A stretch of 64,000 nucleotides of DNA from the NCBI GenBank assembly GCA_051294375.1, contig CM119268.1:1943486-2007485 (forward strand). Reading direction: 5' to 3'. The stretch comes from Paraspadella gotoi. Taxonomy: Eukaryota > Animalia > Chaetognatha. Shown here one piece after another: positions 43,101 through 55,700 of this stretch (position 1 is its first letter; each line of letters begins with the position of its first letter). A program made the translations under genes and the position numbers. Below the pieces are notes generated by a model. It worked only from the letters and a program-made list of their open reading frames with translations. It searched no databases and had not been told where the DNA came from.

Positions 43101-45840
43101 TCGGGGTTGTCAACCATTCGGTCGTACATCGACTCGTAAAGGGAGCTATGGGAGCGACGGAAGAAGTTGTGGGTCGAACCGAACTGCAGAGTACCGTATC
43201 TAAATAATAAGAAGCCGTGGATTAGTTAAATTAAGTCATTGACAATTATTATCGCCCCTAGTTCCGTCAGCCGTCTCAGCTTCTCACTTGAGAATCCTTT
43301 TGTGGACAAGCGAATGGACGTTGGGGATGATGGTGGCGGATCCTTGGCCGCCCTGGGTCGTCACGTTGAAGAGAAGCCGCGTGGAGGCGCCGGCGGTCAG
43401 GAAGACGACGACAACGACGCAGAAGAACCACCAGGAGATGAGCAGCACCCGCACGGAGGAAGACACCGTCGACTGCGACATGCCTGTTAAAACAAAACTT
43501 TATTTAAATAACGATTTTTACACACAGTTAAATGTCATATGATACGCAGTTGGACTAATATCCAGTGAAGTGTTTTTCCCCCTAGGCTTAGTTGTGGAAA
43601 CCAAACTATCTCTTTACAATAAGCATATTCACTATTTTCCAAATCAAATACATTTGACATGCCCTAAGCGTCACCTTTTGGCGAAATCCCCGACACGAGC
43701 ATCCAAAGGCAATCGAGCAGACCCAGGTGGTGCTCCGGTCGCGTCTTGGAGTCGTGGAGGATCCCGTTGGCGCGGGACGAGGATCGAGACGGAGGCCGAC
43801 CAACGTGCGTCGCCGACAATTCTCGATCGGGGCCCAAGTTGAAAGGGCTGAAACGCTAGAGGAGAGGAATAAGGTCTTTAATTATAGGGTGCTCAATGAG
43901 GAGTTAATATCGAATGACTGAATACGGAAAAAAGAATAACTTCCGATCGCTTTTTTTAAAATCATTTTGCTTTCCCATCGCCAATTACTTTTTGTTACTA
44001 ATCACGTTACATCATTCGCCAAAACGTTATTAACGATCAAAAACAATGATAAATATTCGGTTATCAAAACTTCCATCCGTCCCTCCTCCCCAAAGATCCC
44101 ATCGACCGCCATCGCCCCTTTCCCCTCAAACCTGCAAGAACATGAGGGCGATGGCGGTGATGAAGAAGGAGGCGCCGATGAGGAGCCAAAGCTCGAGGGC
44201 GAAGACGCCGAGGAGTTGGCGATCCCAAGTGGTGGAGGGAATCGAGGGCGGTTTGTAGAGGAAGGTCACTCCCGTCGAGAGGAAGGGCTTCGTGAAGTCC
44301 ACGATTCTGGAAAAGAGGGGGAAATTAACAATTATTTCTTATTGTCAAAAAATCTATCCACGGAGTTGCGAATCACTCGCTAATTTCATATATGTCGACA
44401 ACTAAAATTAACCAACGCGTTGATGACAAAATTAAAGGCCAAAGACAAAAATCAAAGACAAAGCTTTTAACTCAACTAAGCTATAATTCTGATCTTCCCT
44501 CTCAAACCCAACGCTCACCGTTCTCGGGTCATGGTTATCGTGAGAGGGGCCGCCGCGAGATCCGCTTTGTTTTTAAGCAGTTGACCGATGATGCCGTTCC
44601 ATTCGGAATGCCCGATTTCGGATCCGTATTTTCCGTCGGGAACTTTTATCGAAATAAGAGATATCGAATTGATGAAATGACAATAAATTAATAATTAATT
44701 ATGGCAAAAAAAAAGATTCATTCGTACCCAAGTAAAGCATGTAGGGACGATCGAGGTACTGAGACAGTTTTTCGAGTAAATCCTTGATGTATCCCCTGAA
44801 TCTGTGGTTGCCGCTGAGACCCTCTCCCTCCAGCATGAGAAAGGGCGGTTCCAAGATGGAGACGACCCGCAGGGGAATCTTCTCCAGCGACGCCGTCATC
44901 ATGGCCGACCTCTGACCCATGTGACCTCGAAGGCCCGGGGTCAGCCCAGGCGGGGCACCGGGGCCGGGTCGGACCAGGGTGGATGACCCGCCGGATGATC
45001 CGCCGTCAGATCCTGGGAAAAGATTTTCATTAATTTCAATAAAGTAACATTAACTACACGAGTTGAGGTTAAAGACGCAGCAACAGAAAACCTTTCCTTT
45101 TTTTCCTCACCCGATTGAAGCGTGTATACGACGGTGTCGCTCTCTGGACCGTAACCTCCGCTGTTGCGGGCGCGGACCTTGAAAAAGTACGTCGCGTCCT
45201 GATAGAGATTTCTGACGACGAGGGAGAGCGTGTCGGCGTAGACGCCTTCCACCGTCCACGACGCCGACGATCCGCCGAGCGGAAGGCCACGCCCACCGGG
45301 CAACGCGCCGCTGGGGATGGCGCCGCCGCCCAACGGTTTCGCGGCCGCGGCGGCCTCCTGGGCCGACTTGGAAGAGGATTCGCCAGAGTTTTGCGGAGGC
45401 ACCGAAGAAGGATCTTTGGGTTTGTAGAAGATCAAGTAGCCTGGAAAATGGGGAGGAGGCGGTGAAGAGTTCAAACTCTCCCTCTCTCAGACTTAAATGA
45501 AATGAAATAGCTTTGTATGGCCTATTGTTTTATTTTGTGCCTAAAGCCCCATTGTCATTGAATAAATTCAAATTCTCTCTCTCTCTCTCTCACCCGTAAT
45601 CTCCCCCTGCGGCTCGCTCGGCGCTTCCCAGTTGAGGCGCACCGCATCGGGGTTGCCCTCGACCGGGTGAATCGTCAGCCGCTGCGGCGCCGAAGACGGC
45701 GGCGCCTGCTGCATCTCCCCGAGCAACACCGCCGGCAGCGTTGCCAGCATCAGCGAGCGGAGCCATTTGGCGCGCAACGGCGGCGCTCCGTAGCGGCGCC
45801 GGCGGGAAGGGAAGCGTAGCGGGCGGGAAATGAAAAGCAT
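40101..45840 (-). CDS. Divergent ionotropic glutamate receptor-family protein with an N-terminal FN3 domain; exons 45840-45594, 45440-45111, 45012-44728, 44642-44519, 44306-44132, 43855-43675, 43483-43288, 43199-42986, 42866-42739, 41111-40933, 40846-40532, 40201-40101
   Basis: S1 (LRVVSILEPPF...FRGYIKDLL...PDGKYGS...WNGIIGQLLKNKADLAAAPLTITMTRERIVDFTKPFLSTGV), M1 (LWLLIGASFFITAIALMFLQRFSP), M2 (DCLWMLVSGISPKG), M3 (RVLLISWWFFCVVVVVFLTAG), S2 (YGTLQFGSTHNFF...EGVQRA...FAFFLE...YGLATPQNSSLRDALSLALLQLQENGYLQSLYRKWF...C), M4 (DVYTAFLIPLVGLILSLVTFVVE). All junctions are GT-AG and in phase. Confidence 0.9.
41652..42479 (+). CDS. COQ10: COQ10-like START/polyketide-cyclase domain protein; exons 41652-42038 and 42177-42479
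   Basis: SPEEMFQVVADVDAYENFLPFCAKSEI...FPPFAESFDSEV...LFRRLKAEYRF...CLLDFSIAYELQNPWLGSIANAAF...IDAFVARATKLFG matches the COQ10 pattern. The N-terminus is Arg/Ser-rich like a mitochondrial presequence. The intron is phase 0. Confidence 0.9.
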
Positions 45841-45888
45841 CGTCGGCGGGATTTTTTCTTTCGATAAAGTTGGTCGCGGGAGGGGAAG

Positions 45889-45961
<73 letters not shown>

Positions 45962-47771
45962 AAATGGAATTCACTCGTTTTCTCCAGGGTCTTGGACCTT
46001 CGTCGATAGGAGTCTTCGAAGGAGGATGCGAAGCATCGTGGAAGCAAACATCGCGACGCTCTTGATTATTAATTGTAGACTTTCTTCCCGTTTATTCGCA
46101 TAAATCGCGAGAAATGGCAAGTTTTGCGTATAATTTTTTTTTTTTAGCTACATTCAAAACAAAAATATGCTTAATAAACTATCGTATCATAGAGATTATT
46201 CGGCTTACTGATTCGTAAAGTTAATGAAAGATCAACATACAATTTTTGTCTTAAATATTATGATGATGATGATGGATATTGATACCATTAAGAAACACAA
46301 TACAAAACAGGTCGGTGAAAAGGACGCCACTCGGTGGTTTTGTTTGGTTTTTTTTTGTTTTTTTTTTGTTTTGGTTTTTGAAACTAGAAAATTAAACTGT
46401 TTAGAAGAACCAGTTTTTTATAATGAATTACTAGAATTGTTAAAAAAAATTAAACCAACTTTGACTAATCTGATTTAGAATCAAACTGTATTCTGTATCT
46501 GTAACAGGAACAGAAAAAAAAATTATTCTAATAAAACTTTTTGACTAAAAACGTAAAATACTGTATAAAAATAAACACTGCATCTTGCCAATGCCTTAAA
46601 TAGTAAGGAATGTAAAGAATGTAAGGAAGTAAATTTTTAAATAACCTTCACTACAAGTCGTGCCAAATATTAGCTATTACTCGGTAAGAAATAATTAACG
46701 CAATAACATAATAAAAAGAAAAATAATGCTCTAGGGTAATATTAACGATCAATCGACGTACTGTACAATTACTGTCTGCGTTCTTGTTTTTTTTACAAAT
46801 GTCTAAGTTGAAAGACTAATTGCAATATATGATAAAAAGCTTAATATCTATAACCTTTCCGCAAAAGGTTTGCATCAGACTTCAATTTGAATACTAATTA
46901 AAAACTAAATGAGAGTAAAAATGGTCATCATCATCAACAAGAGGGGCTCTAAATGTACATGGATTGCTATTGCAAAATGTCATGGTAAATCTCTTACAGT
47001 AAAAGCCGTCGTCTATTCGTGTCGAATAAATAAATACAGCAGTTCAGCTGATAAAGGATATTTCAAAATATTGTAGCAACAGATCATTTCACATTTATAA
47101 TATAAATCGTATATATTGTATTCCAATATTTCTTCCAAATCAACGCTTTTACTGGACTGACGAAAATTCTTAATTTTTTATCCTTTTTTTTTTAGATTAG
47201 TAACCTATGAGAACATCAAAAAACAGCGAACAAGTGAGTTGGTAAAAAGGTGAAACGCTTTTAAAGTTGAGTTAGTAGACAATACCAAACACATCGTCTG
47301 TCTCTTTATTTTCAGACAAGTGCGAAAAAATAAAATCCCATCTTCTCACTCCGCCCCCAAAAAAATATGAGATCGTCAGGAAATAAATTTTGGTTTTGGG
47401 TAACAAGAGTATTTCGAGAGGAATCCAGCCTCAGTTCTGAGTAACAATAGCATCACTTACGTATAAAACGCATTTTGGGTTGACAAGGATTTTTTTTTTT
47501 ACATTTTTTATCGTTAAGATTTCGTTAGTAATTTTTGATTGTCACGGGGAAAACTGATTGTAAATGGTAAAGTGAGTAACGTTGTCTAAAAACGGACGAA
47601 CAAAAACCAATCAAAGGCATTAAAAAAAAAAGATAATGAGAATGATTTAAATTGGCCCAAAAAATATCCGTTTCACCCATCCCCGCATCTCTAACACGCA
47701 AGATACAAAATACACGCACACACGCACGTCGCACGCAGAGAAAAATAAATTTCGCCGAAACGTTTGTTGAA

Positions 47772-50700
47772 TTAAACGTCCGTTCCTTTTCCTTCCAACT
47801 CCGGCGTGAATCTGACTTTCATGTTGTGAGGGTGAGGGAGCGTATTCGACGAGAAGGGAGGTCGCATGCCGGGTTGGAGTTGCTGCAGTTGCTGCCGCTG
47901 CCGCGGAGGTTGCAGAGGATTAGACAGCCTCGGCGGCGCCGGGGCCGGCGTAGACCGAGCGTCGCTGGCGACGACGACGACAGCGGGAGCGGAGAATCCC
48001 GCCCCTGACGCCGGCGTCGGGGAAGCGGCGCTATTCTCGGAAACGAAAGATCTTTGGGGGAACAGGTGATGCGATGGCGTCTGCGGCAGAAGGTTACGCT
48101 GCTGCTGCTGCTGTTGCAGCAGATGGTGTTGCGGGTTAAAGTCGGCGGGGGGCAGATTGACGGGCGTGGCGGTGGAGACAACGGAACCGGAAGTGGGCGA
48201 TGAGGAGGGAGAGGCGGCGAATCTAGGATCCGTCCGCTCGGCCTCGCCCTCCTCGCTCAGCCCGCGATGGGGCGACGCCATTTCCGAAAAGTCGAGGAGT
48301 TCGGGCGGCGGCGGCGTGAGTCCCAGCGCCACACGATGCGCCGCCTCCTCCGGCGACAGGTTGCGCGAGAGTTGCTGATAATAATTTTGGCTGAGAGGAT
48401 CCGCCACCCAGAAGGGCGTCTCGTCGGCGACGTTGTAGACGCCGCCAACGTCGTCACCGCCTCCTTCAACCACCGACGACAAGAGCTCGTCGAGATCGGG
48501 CGGCCGACCCCCGGCGGCGATCCGCTGCGAGAGCGCCAAGCACTCCAGCGGGGACAGGCCGAGAAGGGCAGGGTGATTGGCGGGAAGGGATTGGCTGGAA
48601 GCAGGGAGGAGGCCCGGCATGTCGCCGAGGTGAGAGGGCGGCAGTATAGAGTTGGGAGAGAGGGCGTGGGAGGGGAGTTTGCCGGAAGGAAAGATGGGCG
48701 TCTCGAGGACGGAGGCGGGACCGACGAGGCGGGGTGAAGAGAGGGTGGCGGGGTCGGACGAATCGAGATGATCCCTGTCTTCGTCCTCGCCGTCGGGGCC
48801 GTCGAGCTCCATGGCGCTGGTGAGTTGACGCCGCTCCGAGTCCACCATCATTTCCACCCCAGGCTCTTCGACGATCGGAGCAAAGAGATTGCCTAAGAGG
48901 GAAATAAAAAAGAAGGTAAGAATTATTAATCCATCCCTTCCACTCCCCAGCCTTTTTAATTATTAGTAATTATTAATCTATCCCTTACACTCCCCCAGCC
49001 TTTTTAATTATTAATTATAAATCCATCCCTTCCACTCCCCCTGCCTTTTTAATTATTATTAAACATTAATCCATCCCTTCTACTCCCCCAGCCTTTTTAA
49101 TTATTAATTATTATTAATCATTAATTCATTCCTTCCACTCCCCCAGCCTTTTTAATTATTAATTATTATTAATCATTAATTCATTCCTTCCACTCCCCCA
49201 GCCTTTTTTCAATCACCTGTCAACGCCGCCAATCGATCTTCTCCGGTCAGACTCCGCGGGTCCTCCCGGTAAATCCCGCCGAGAAGTCCCTCGATCGGGA
49301 CTTCGTCCTCGGCGTGGGAGAGGCCCATGGGAAAGCGGAGGCCCAACCCGGGAAACGCCCCCTTCGCCTCTTGCTCCTTGAGGAAATTCTGCAGCTTTTC
49401 TTCGTCCGGAACGGGGACCATAGGCGGGGGAGGATGATGGGGCGGATGGGGCGGCGGCGGAACCGGCGCGGGCGGCGCCGACGGCTCTATCGGGGGCAGG
49501 TCGTCTGTAGAGGAGTTTTAGGCACCGACTCATTGACCGAGTCGCGGCGGGAGGGTTCCTCGACGGAATGGGGTTGTCCGACAAGCCTTCCGCCTCCGCC
49601 GCCAGAACCTGACGCTGCCGCCGCGTTTGTCTTCATCGGGCTTGGCGTCTTTGGCGTCGGATTCGTTGGTCGTCGAAGGACTCGCCATGGTGGTCACCGT
49701 CGAGGTGGGCTCCTGTATCCGGGGTGAGGGGGGTTCGTCCATGAAGTATATATATTATTTAAAAGTTAAAATTGGTATAAATTATAATCTATGACGATAA
49801 TTCGAGCTACGATAACTTCGAAAACCTCACCTGCGCGGGGACCTTGCTGAAGGGTACGTTGTCGAACCCTGCCAGGCAAGTTTTGGACCTCAACTTGTCG
49901 TCGCGCAGCTTCTTTTGCCATCGAAAGACGACGGTGCCGACGGCGAAGACGACGATGAAAAGCAAGAGCGCGATGACGCCCATGATGAGTTTTATGAGGA
50001 GGGTGCTGCCGCGCGGCCGGAACGCGTCGTCAGCGTCGCCCTCGTAGCCGGAGACGGTTCCGACCGTGGAGGGCGCAACGAGCGGCGGTCGCGGGACGAC
50101 GGCGATGTGCGTCACCATCTGCACCTGACCCGCGCTGTTGGAGGCGAGACACTTGAATTCCCCGCTGGTGGCGTTGGTCATATAAGGAATGCGCAGGGTG
50201 CTGACTTTGGTGCGGTGGCCGCTGGCTTCAGGAGTGGAATTGAGGGATGAGAATAAAATGAGAAATTTATCGTCATCCGCAGTTGACATCCGGATCGAGA
50301 GACTCACCCTTGGTGGTGATAACGAATTCCTTGTCACCCCAAGGAATTTCCCTTCCGTCGTGAAACCAGCGAGGCTTGGTGGGCGGATCCGAGTAGACTC
50401 GACACGTGAGATTCGTCGCTCCAGAGTTTTCCTCGAAGGTTTTCGTCGCGATGTCGGGGACGAGCAGCTCCGGAGCGCAGGCGAACGACACCGGATCGAG
50501 ACTTCGCCAGTTGCGGTCCTGGAAACGAGGAAAGAAATTTTGTTTTCGTTTTTACGGAAAACAACCGCAGCGATACAAGATATCAACGACAATATCCATT
50601 ATCCAATATCCTTTTCACCACCGTCACCTGCACGGTGTCCGGAGACGCGCATTTCGTGAACTTTGACACGAGATCGTAAGTAACGTTGGGCGTTCCGACG

Positions 50701-51882
50701 AGAACGCGGAGCCACCGGAGATCGCACGTGCAGTGCCATTTGTTGTTGTATAAGTAAAGGACGTTGAGGTGCGAGCGCGCGTCGTCCAACACGGAATATC
50801 GCATCGTGCGCAGACTTATGCAATAAAAGAAATATCCCTCGGTTAAACATTTTATCCAGCATAGCCGGAGCGAAATATCACCAACGATTTTTATATTTCC
50901 AACACCTGTTGTGCGCCAGGTGGAGAAATCTGAGACTGTAGAGCCCCCTGAAGGCTGTCGGTTGGAGTTCTCTCAGACCGCACCCGTTCAACTCCAACTT
51001 CTCCAAAGAAGGTAGATGAATGAAGGAGTCGTTCTGGATCACTTCCAACTTTGAATTGTGACTCAGTTTCAGCCTGGAGATCACGAGAAGAAAAGGAGAG
51101 AAAGACGTCTTCAAACTTTTCGCCTTCAACGCGGCCATTCTCTTTCCTCATTCTTTTACCTCTGCAAATATTTGGTGTCGGTGAAAACTTCCTTGGATAT
51201 GCGGACGATCCTGTTGGAAGAGAGATCGAGCTCCGCGAGATTGACGAGTCCCCTGAAGGCGCCGGGCTCGATGGTGGTGATGGCGTTGTTGCTCAGGTAC
51301 AACTTTTGAAGTTCTGGCAGTCCGGCAAAGGCCCCGTCGGCTGAAACGGCGAAAATTATGGATGGATCTTTTGAATACGTAGTACGTACAATTAATTATT
51401 GTTATTATTATTATTATTATTATCGAAAAAAATTCACACAAATATTATTACGGAAGAAATTAGAGAATATTTCCCTCACCTAATTTAGCGAGTTGATTGT
51501 GATTCATGTACAAAATGATTGTTTCCGTGTCGACGGTCGGAATGACGCTCAGACTCAAGTGATTGCACTTGGTCTGCTTCTGTCCATTGATCAGCTTGGT
51601 GGTGCACTCGGAAGCCCCTGGTCGCGACACACCGCGGGCCCATTGGGGCAGACTCAGCCAGTAGCAGGCTAGTAGCCATGGCAACCACCGACCGTATTTC
51701 GTGGGACGACGTCCCTTTTTCACTGATCGTGAAAAGGCTACGGGTCGGCGCGTACGATTCGAGAGCGCCTGCGACGAGTCGAGCGTCGGGACGCGTGACG
51801 GCGTCCACGCCCACCGCGGATCGAGCGCGCGGCGTCCTTTCTCGATTTGGCGCATTTCATTATTGGAATCGGAAGTTATCAT
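47772..51882 (-). CDS. LRR-Ig single-pass membrane protein, kekkon-like; exons ~51882-51480, 51340-51160, 51073-50906, 50814-50628, 50518-50308, 50225-49831, ~49713-49217 (internal structure uncertain), 48892-47772
   Basis: Signal-like stretch, LRRNT (CNHLSLSVIP), LRRs (LQKLYLSNNAI, LAELDLSSNRI, LEKLELNGCGL), LRRCT (NKWHCTCDLRWL...CASP), one Ig domain (NLTCRVYSDP...W...SGEFKCLASNSAG), a TM helix (LIMGVIALLLFIVVFAVGTVVF), and a long tail ending GTDV*. Confidence 0.85.
48920..49208. repeat. Intronic minisatellite (aattattaatccatcccttccactcccccagccttttt) x ~6
   Basis: Tandem ~45-55 bp units in the last intron of the LRR-Ig gene. Confidence 0.9.
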
Positions 51883-52709
51883 GGGAGCTTCCGCTTAAAT
51901 GAAGCGTTATTTTTACATTCAGACTTTTTTTTATTCAGTTTTGTTTTTGGTTTTCAGACAATTTTGAAAAAAAATCCAGGACTTTGAAAGATGTGAAAAT
52001 TGCCGATGGCGAAATAAAATGATGTTCGCCAAGAAAATAAACGATGCAAATTGACTAGAATGGTTTCCTGTGTTTTCTGGTAAATTTTGAAAAATATTTT
52101 TGTTTTGTTTTTTTAAGTCCCGAACTTTTGGTAAAGAAAAAGTTGGAATGAAATCAATCCGTTCCGAATGGCATCAAAAACAATTTGGCGAGACTAAAAA
52201 TAAATAAAATGACTAGCATAATGTCGATGAGCCCAATTATCAGAAAAGCCACGCATACCGTTTTTTAAATTTTTTTGAGAATTTTTTTGTGTTTTTTTAA
52301 ATAATCCGGAAGAATCGTGAATTTCGTTTGTTGAAAAAAGAAAACTCTTTGGCTTGACTTAATTCGTTCCAGTGTAAAATCGGATCAAACGGTGAGTAAA
52401 AGTGAAAAGAAAAAAACGTCACATTTTTTGACGTTCTCCTTTTTTTAAAATTTGGTTTCGGTCAACTTGTGCACAAAGATTCCGTGATTTTTATTCCATA
52501 AATAAGCGGGTGTTGACAAATAAAAATCTGAAAAAATATAAAACAAAAAACGATCCCAAAACATAACGAAGATAACGTTATTTACAAAATAACAAACGTG
52601 CTAAAGCTACCAAATTACTAGTGACTAGTAACAACAAACGTGTAGCAACAAAGAAGTTCTAGCTAACCCGCTAGAATAAAATCATTATGGCCTTCTCGAC
52701 TAATCAATG

Positions 52710-55700
52710 TCAGTCTTTATCAATATATTCGGCTAAGGCAGAGTTCTCGCGCATCTCCTCCGCCGACATTTGTTTCGTGTCCAAGAGGTGATCGAAAAAA
52801 GTCTTACGAGTCTTGAAGTCGGCGAATCCCACGTGGACTTCTTTGCCGTCGAGCGAAGTTCCTTCGATCGCCATCACAGCCTCCATCGCCGTTTGCTTCT
52901 TGTCGAACCGGATCAGACCCTTAAAAGAAGGGGGGGGGGGAGAAAATTGATGTAAAATGTTGGTAATTGTTTCACGTTAATTAAAACTAGTTGATAATTT
53001 TCCGCCATTTCCGCAAATCTGTTGAGCCGTATATGTATCATAGTTTAACAACATTTTTCTTATCTCTTCTTCTACCCCCTAACACATTAGCCCAAAGAAA
53101 CAGATCTACCTACCTGGGAATTTTTCCTGTCGATAAAGACGTCTTTGACGACTCCGTATTGTCCGAACTGAGTTCTGAGATCAGAGGTAGAGATGAAGGA
53201 CGCGACGCCTCCGCCGAGAAAAACCCAAGCGGTCATCCGGTTGGCCAACTCTTCCTTGTGAAACTCCACATGTAGATTTCGTTTTCTGAATGGAAATCAA
53301 ACGCAACATTACATTCAGTATTCAACAGATTGGTTCGAAAAACAGCAGAACTTACACCAGTCTCTTCAGAGGCGTGGGTTCTTATCTTAATAACAAAGAA
53401 TAAATATTTAATTTCAACGATTTTATCCTAATATCTGACCTCAGGGAGTATCGTTGGCATCTCGTCTCTCGCCTTTTTAAGGCTGGCGAAAGAGGCGAAG
53501 CTGATGTAGGCAGTTTTGGTGGGACCGCGGTAGGCGATAAAAGACCTTGACAACTTTGCCATATTGTCCGAAGATCGACTTCAACTCGTCCATCGAGACT
53601 TCATTATCGACGTTGGCCACGTAGAGGGTCCAGGTGTCGGAGTCGGCCTTGGAAGAGTTGCGTCGTTGTAGTCTTCGTCGACGTCGCTGTGGAGGCCGCC
53701 GTCACGGAGTCAGCCATGGGTCCGGCTTCTTTGCCTCGAGAATTCGTTATAATCTTCCTCGGATCCGAAAACTAGCTCTTCGGCGACGGCGGTGCCGTGG
53801 AAAGCCAAGAGCCCTCGCCGACCGTAGTCTTCGTTCTGGTAGACGACGAGCGCGTCGATTCCTGGGTCGGTTCGGCGAAACAGAATCTCCTTAAGGATTG
53901 AAGAGTGGGAGGGGAGGTAATAAAATGTTAGCTAAACAGTTTTGCCCACGAACTTACCAAGACAGATCCGTAGTGGTCGAACTGCGAGTACAGGTCATTC
54001 TTAGTGAGGTGCGTGGAAATATTTCTCAGAGGATCATCGGGGATAAAGTTCTGTAGGAAACTGGGATAATGAGAGGATACTTTCCCCCCGCGAGGCTTTT
54101 GAGGCGATTCCGAAGTCCGTTGGTATCGCGAACTGCGGCGACGACGGATTTGAATTCGACAAAGTCACGTAGACTTGAACTTGACCCTCGACTTGGAGCC
54201 GTTTGAATATCTGTGGCCTTAACTCAATGTCCAGAAGTCTCCGTATCGGATAGATCTTCTCGAGGGTCTCTCCGGTCGTGAACTCGGCGTCGAGTCTTCC
54301 CAGAAACAAAACGGCGGGAGGTCGATTCTCGGCCGGTAGGGGGCGGAGTTCTTCCACGTTGGAGGACAAGCGCAGAATCAATCCGCCGAATTGACGCTGG
54401 ATCGGTTTGTAAACGCCGCCGTTCTTAAAGGGAGGAAGTAAATATTATTGTAAATAGCTGGTTAAAACATCCAATATAACTTTAGTCCACCAAAAAAACC
54501 CCTTTCTGTTCAACAATAAGAATATTAATAGTTTTTCAATATTGACTTTCTATCAAGAACAGAGGGCAGAAAGCATTTTAACCTCGTTTTGCATTCGCAA
54601 ATTAAGAATTGGTTTTAAAAATTTATTCAAGTAGTCCTGTAATTTTTATAACACATTCAACCAGTCAATAATATATTTTTAACATTTCATAGCACCTTGA
54701 ATAGTTTTCTGGCGACGGCGACCGAAAAAGAGACAAAGGCCGCTTTTCGCCCTTCGAAATCGACGTTAATGTGAGAGCGTTCGACGCCCTTTTGTTTGAA
54801 TTCGTCGTAGATGGCATCTTGAAGATGGCGCTGCGTCAGATAAGCCGGAAATCCTTGAAGACGGACGTCGACTCGAGCTTCGGAAGCGGATCCCGCGGCG
54901 GAACTGGAAGCGGTTGGGTCCGCAGAACCCGATTTGCGTCGCGGGGAGGAAGATTTTCCCCCCGGTCGTCCGGAACGGCCTTTTCCCTGGTCCCGCGAAG
55001 ATGAACGATCTGTCGGCCCAGCGCTAGGACTTTTTCCGCGCTCCGACGAGATGGACCGTTTTTCCGGCAAAGCCGTACGCTTCTTTTCGCGCTCCGGCGA
55101 AGCGGATCGTTTTCCCGGCCGAGCGGAATGGTCTTTAACGACGGGAACGTTGCGAAGATGCGGGGAATGGGATCTTCCACTCGTGGGATCTGTCGATTCT
55201 TTGCCGGTTAAAAGCTCGGGGGAGGCCTCGTTGGGAGAAGAGGTGACGAGTCGATGGACTTGAGGTCCGTTGGAGATGCTGATTTTCAGCGGTTTGATCA
55301 CGGGAGAAGCGGATGCGGTTGCGGCGACGGATGTACTCGGAATCGGCAAGAGAGTTCGACGGACTTGACGCGTTTCGGAAACCGTCGCAGCTGTCTTGGT
55401 CAATGTACGATCCTTCGCTAAAAGGAGATTGCGGAAAGAAACGAGGGTTAATCACGCGGACGTGTTATTCAATATGAAGAAAAGGATGTACTCACTTTGA
55501 GTGTTTTTCCTCGATTTCAACCGAAAGGCTTTGATAGCCGTCTCTATCTCTCCACCTCCAACATCTCGTCGCTTCTTTTTCTCGACTGGGCTGAAACCAA
55601 AGACATAGGTTTGTACTGACAAGTACCAACTAAATGTAGCCATCTATAATGGAATTCGTAAGATGGCTGGAACAGATGGAAAAGCGTCAGAAACTTATTT

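Noticed and set aside
45111-45840. Fragment of a separate neogenin/DCC gene
   Set aside because: No Ig domains, other FN3 repeats or TM exon lie nearby. It has its own ATG and signal-like peptide and splices in frame to the iGluR S1 exon.
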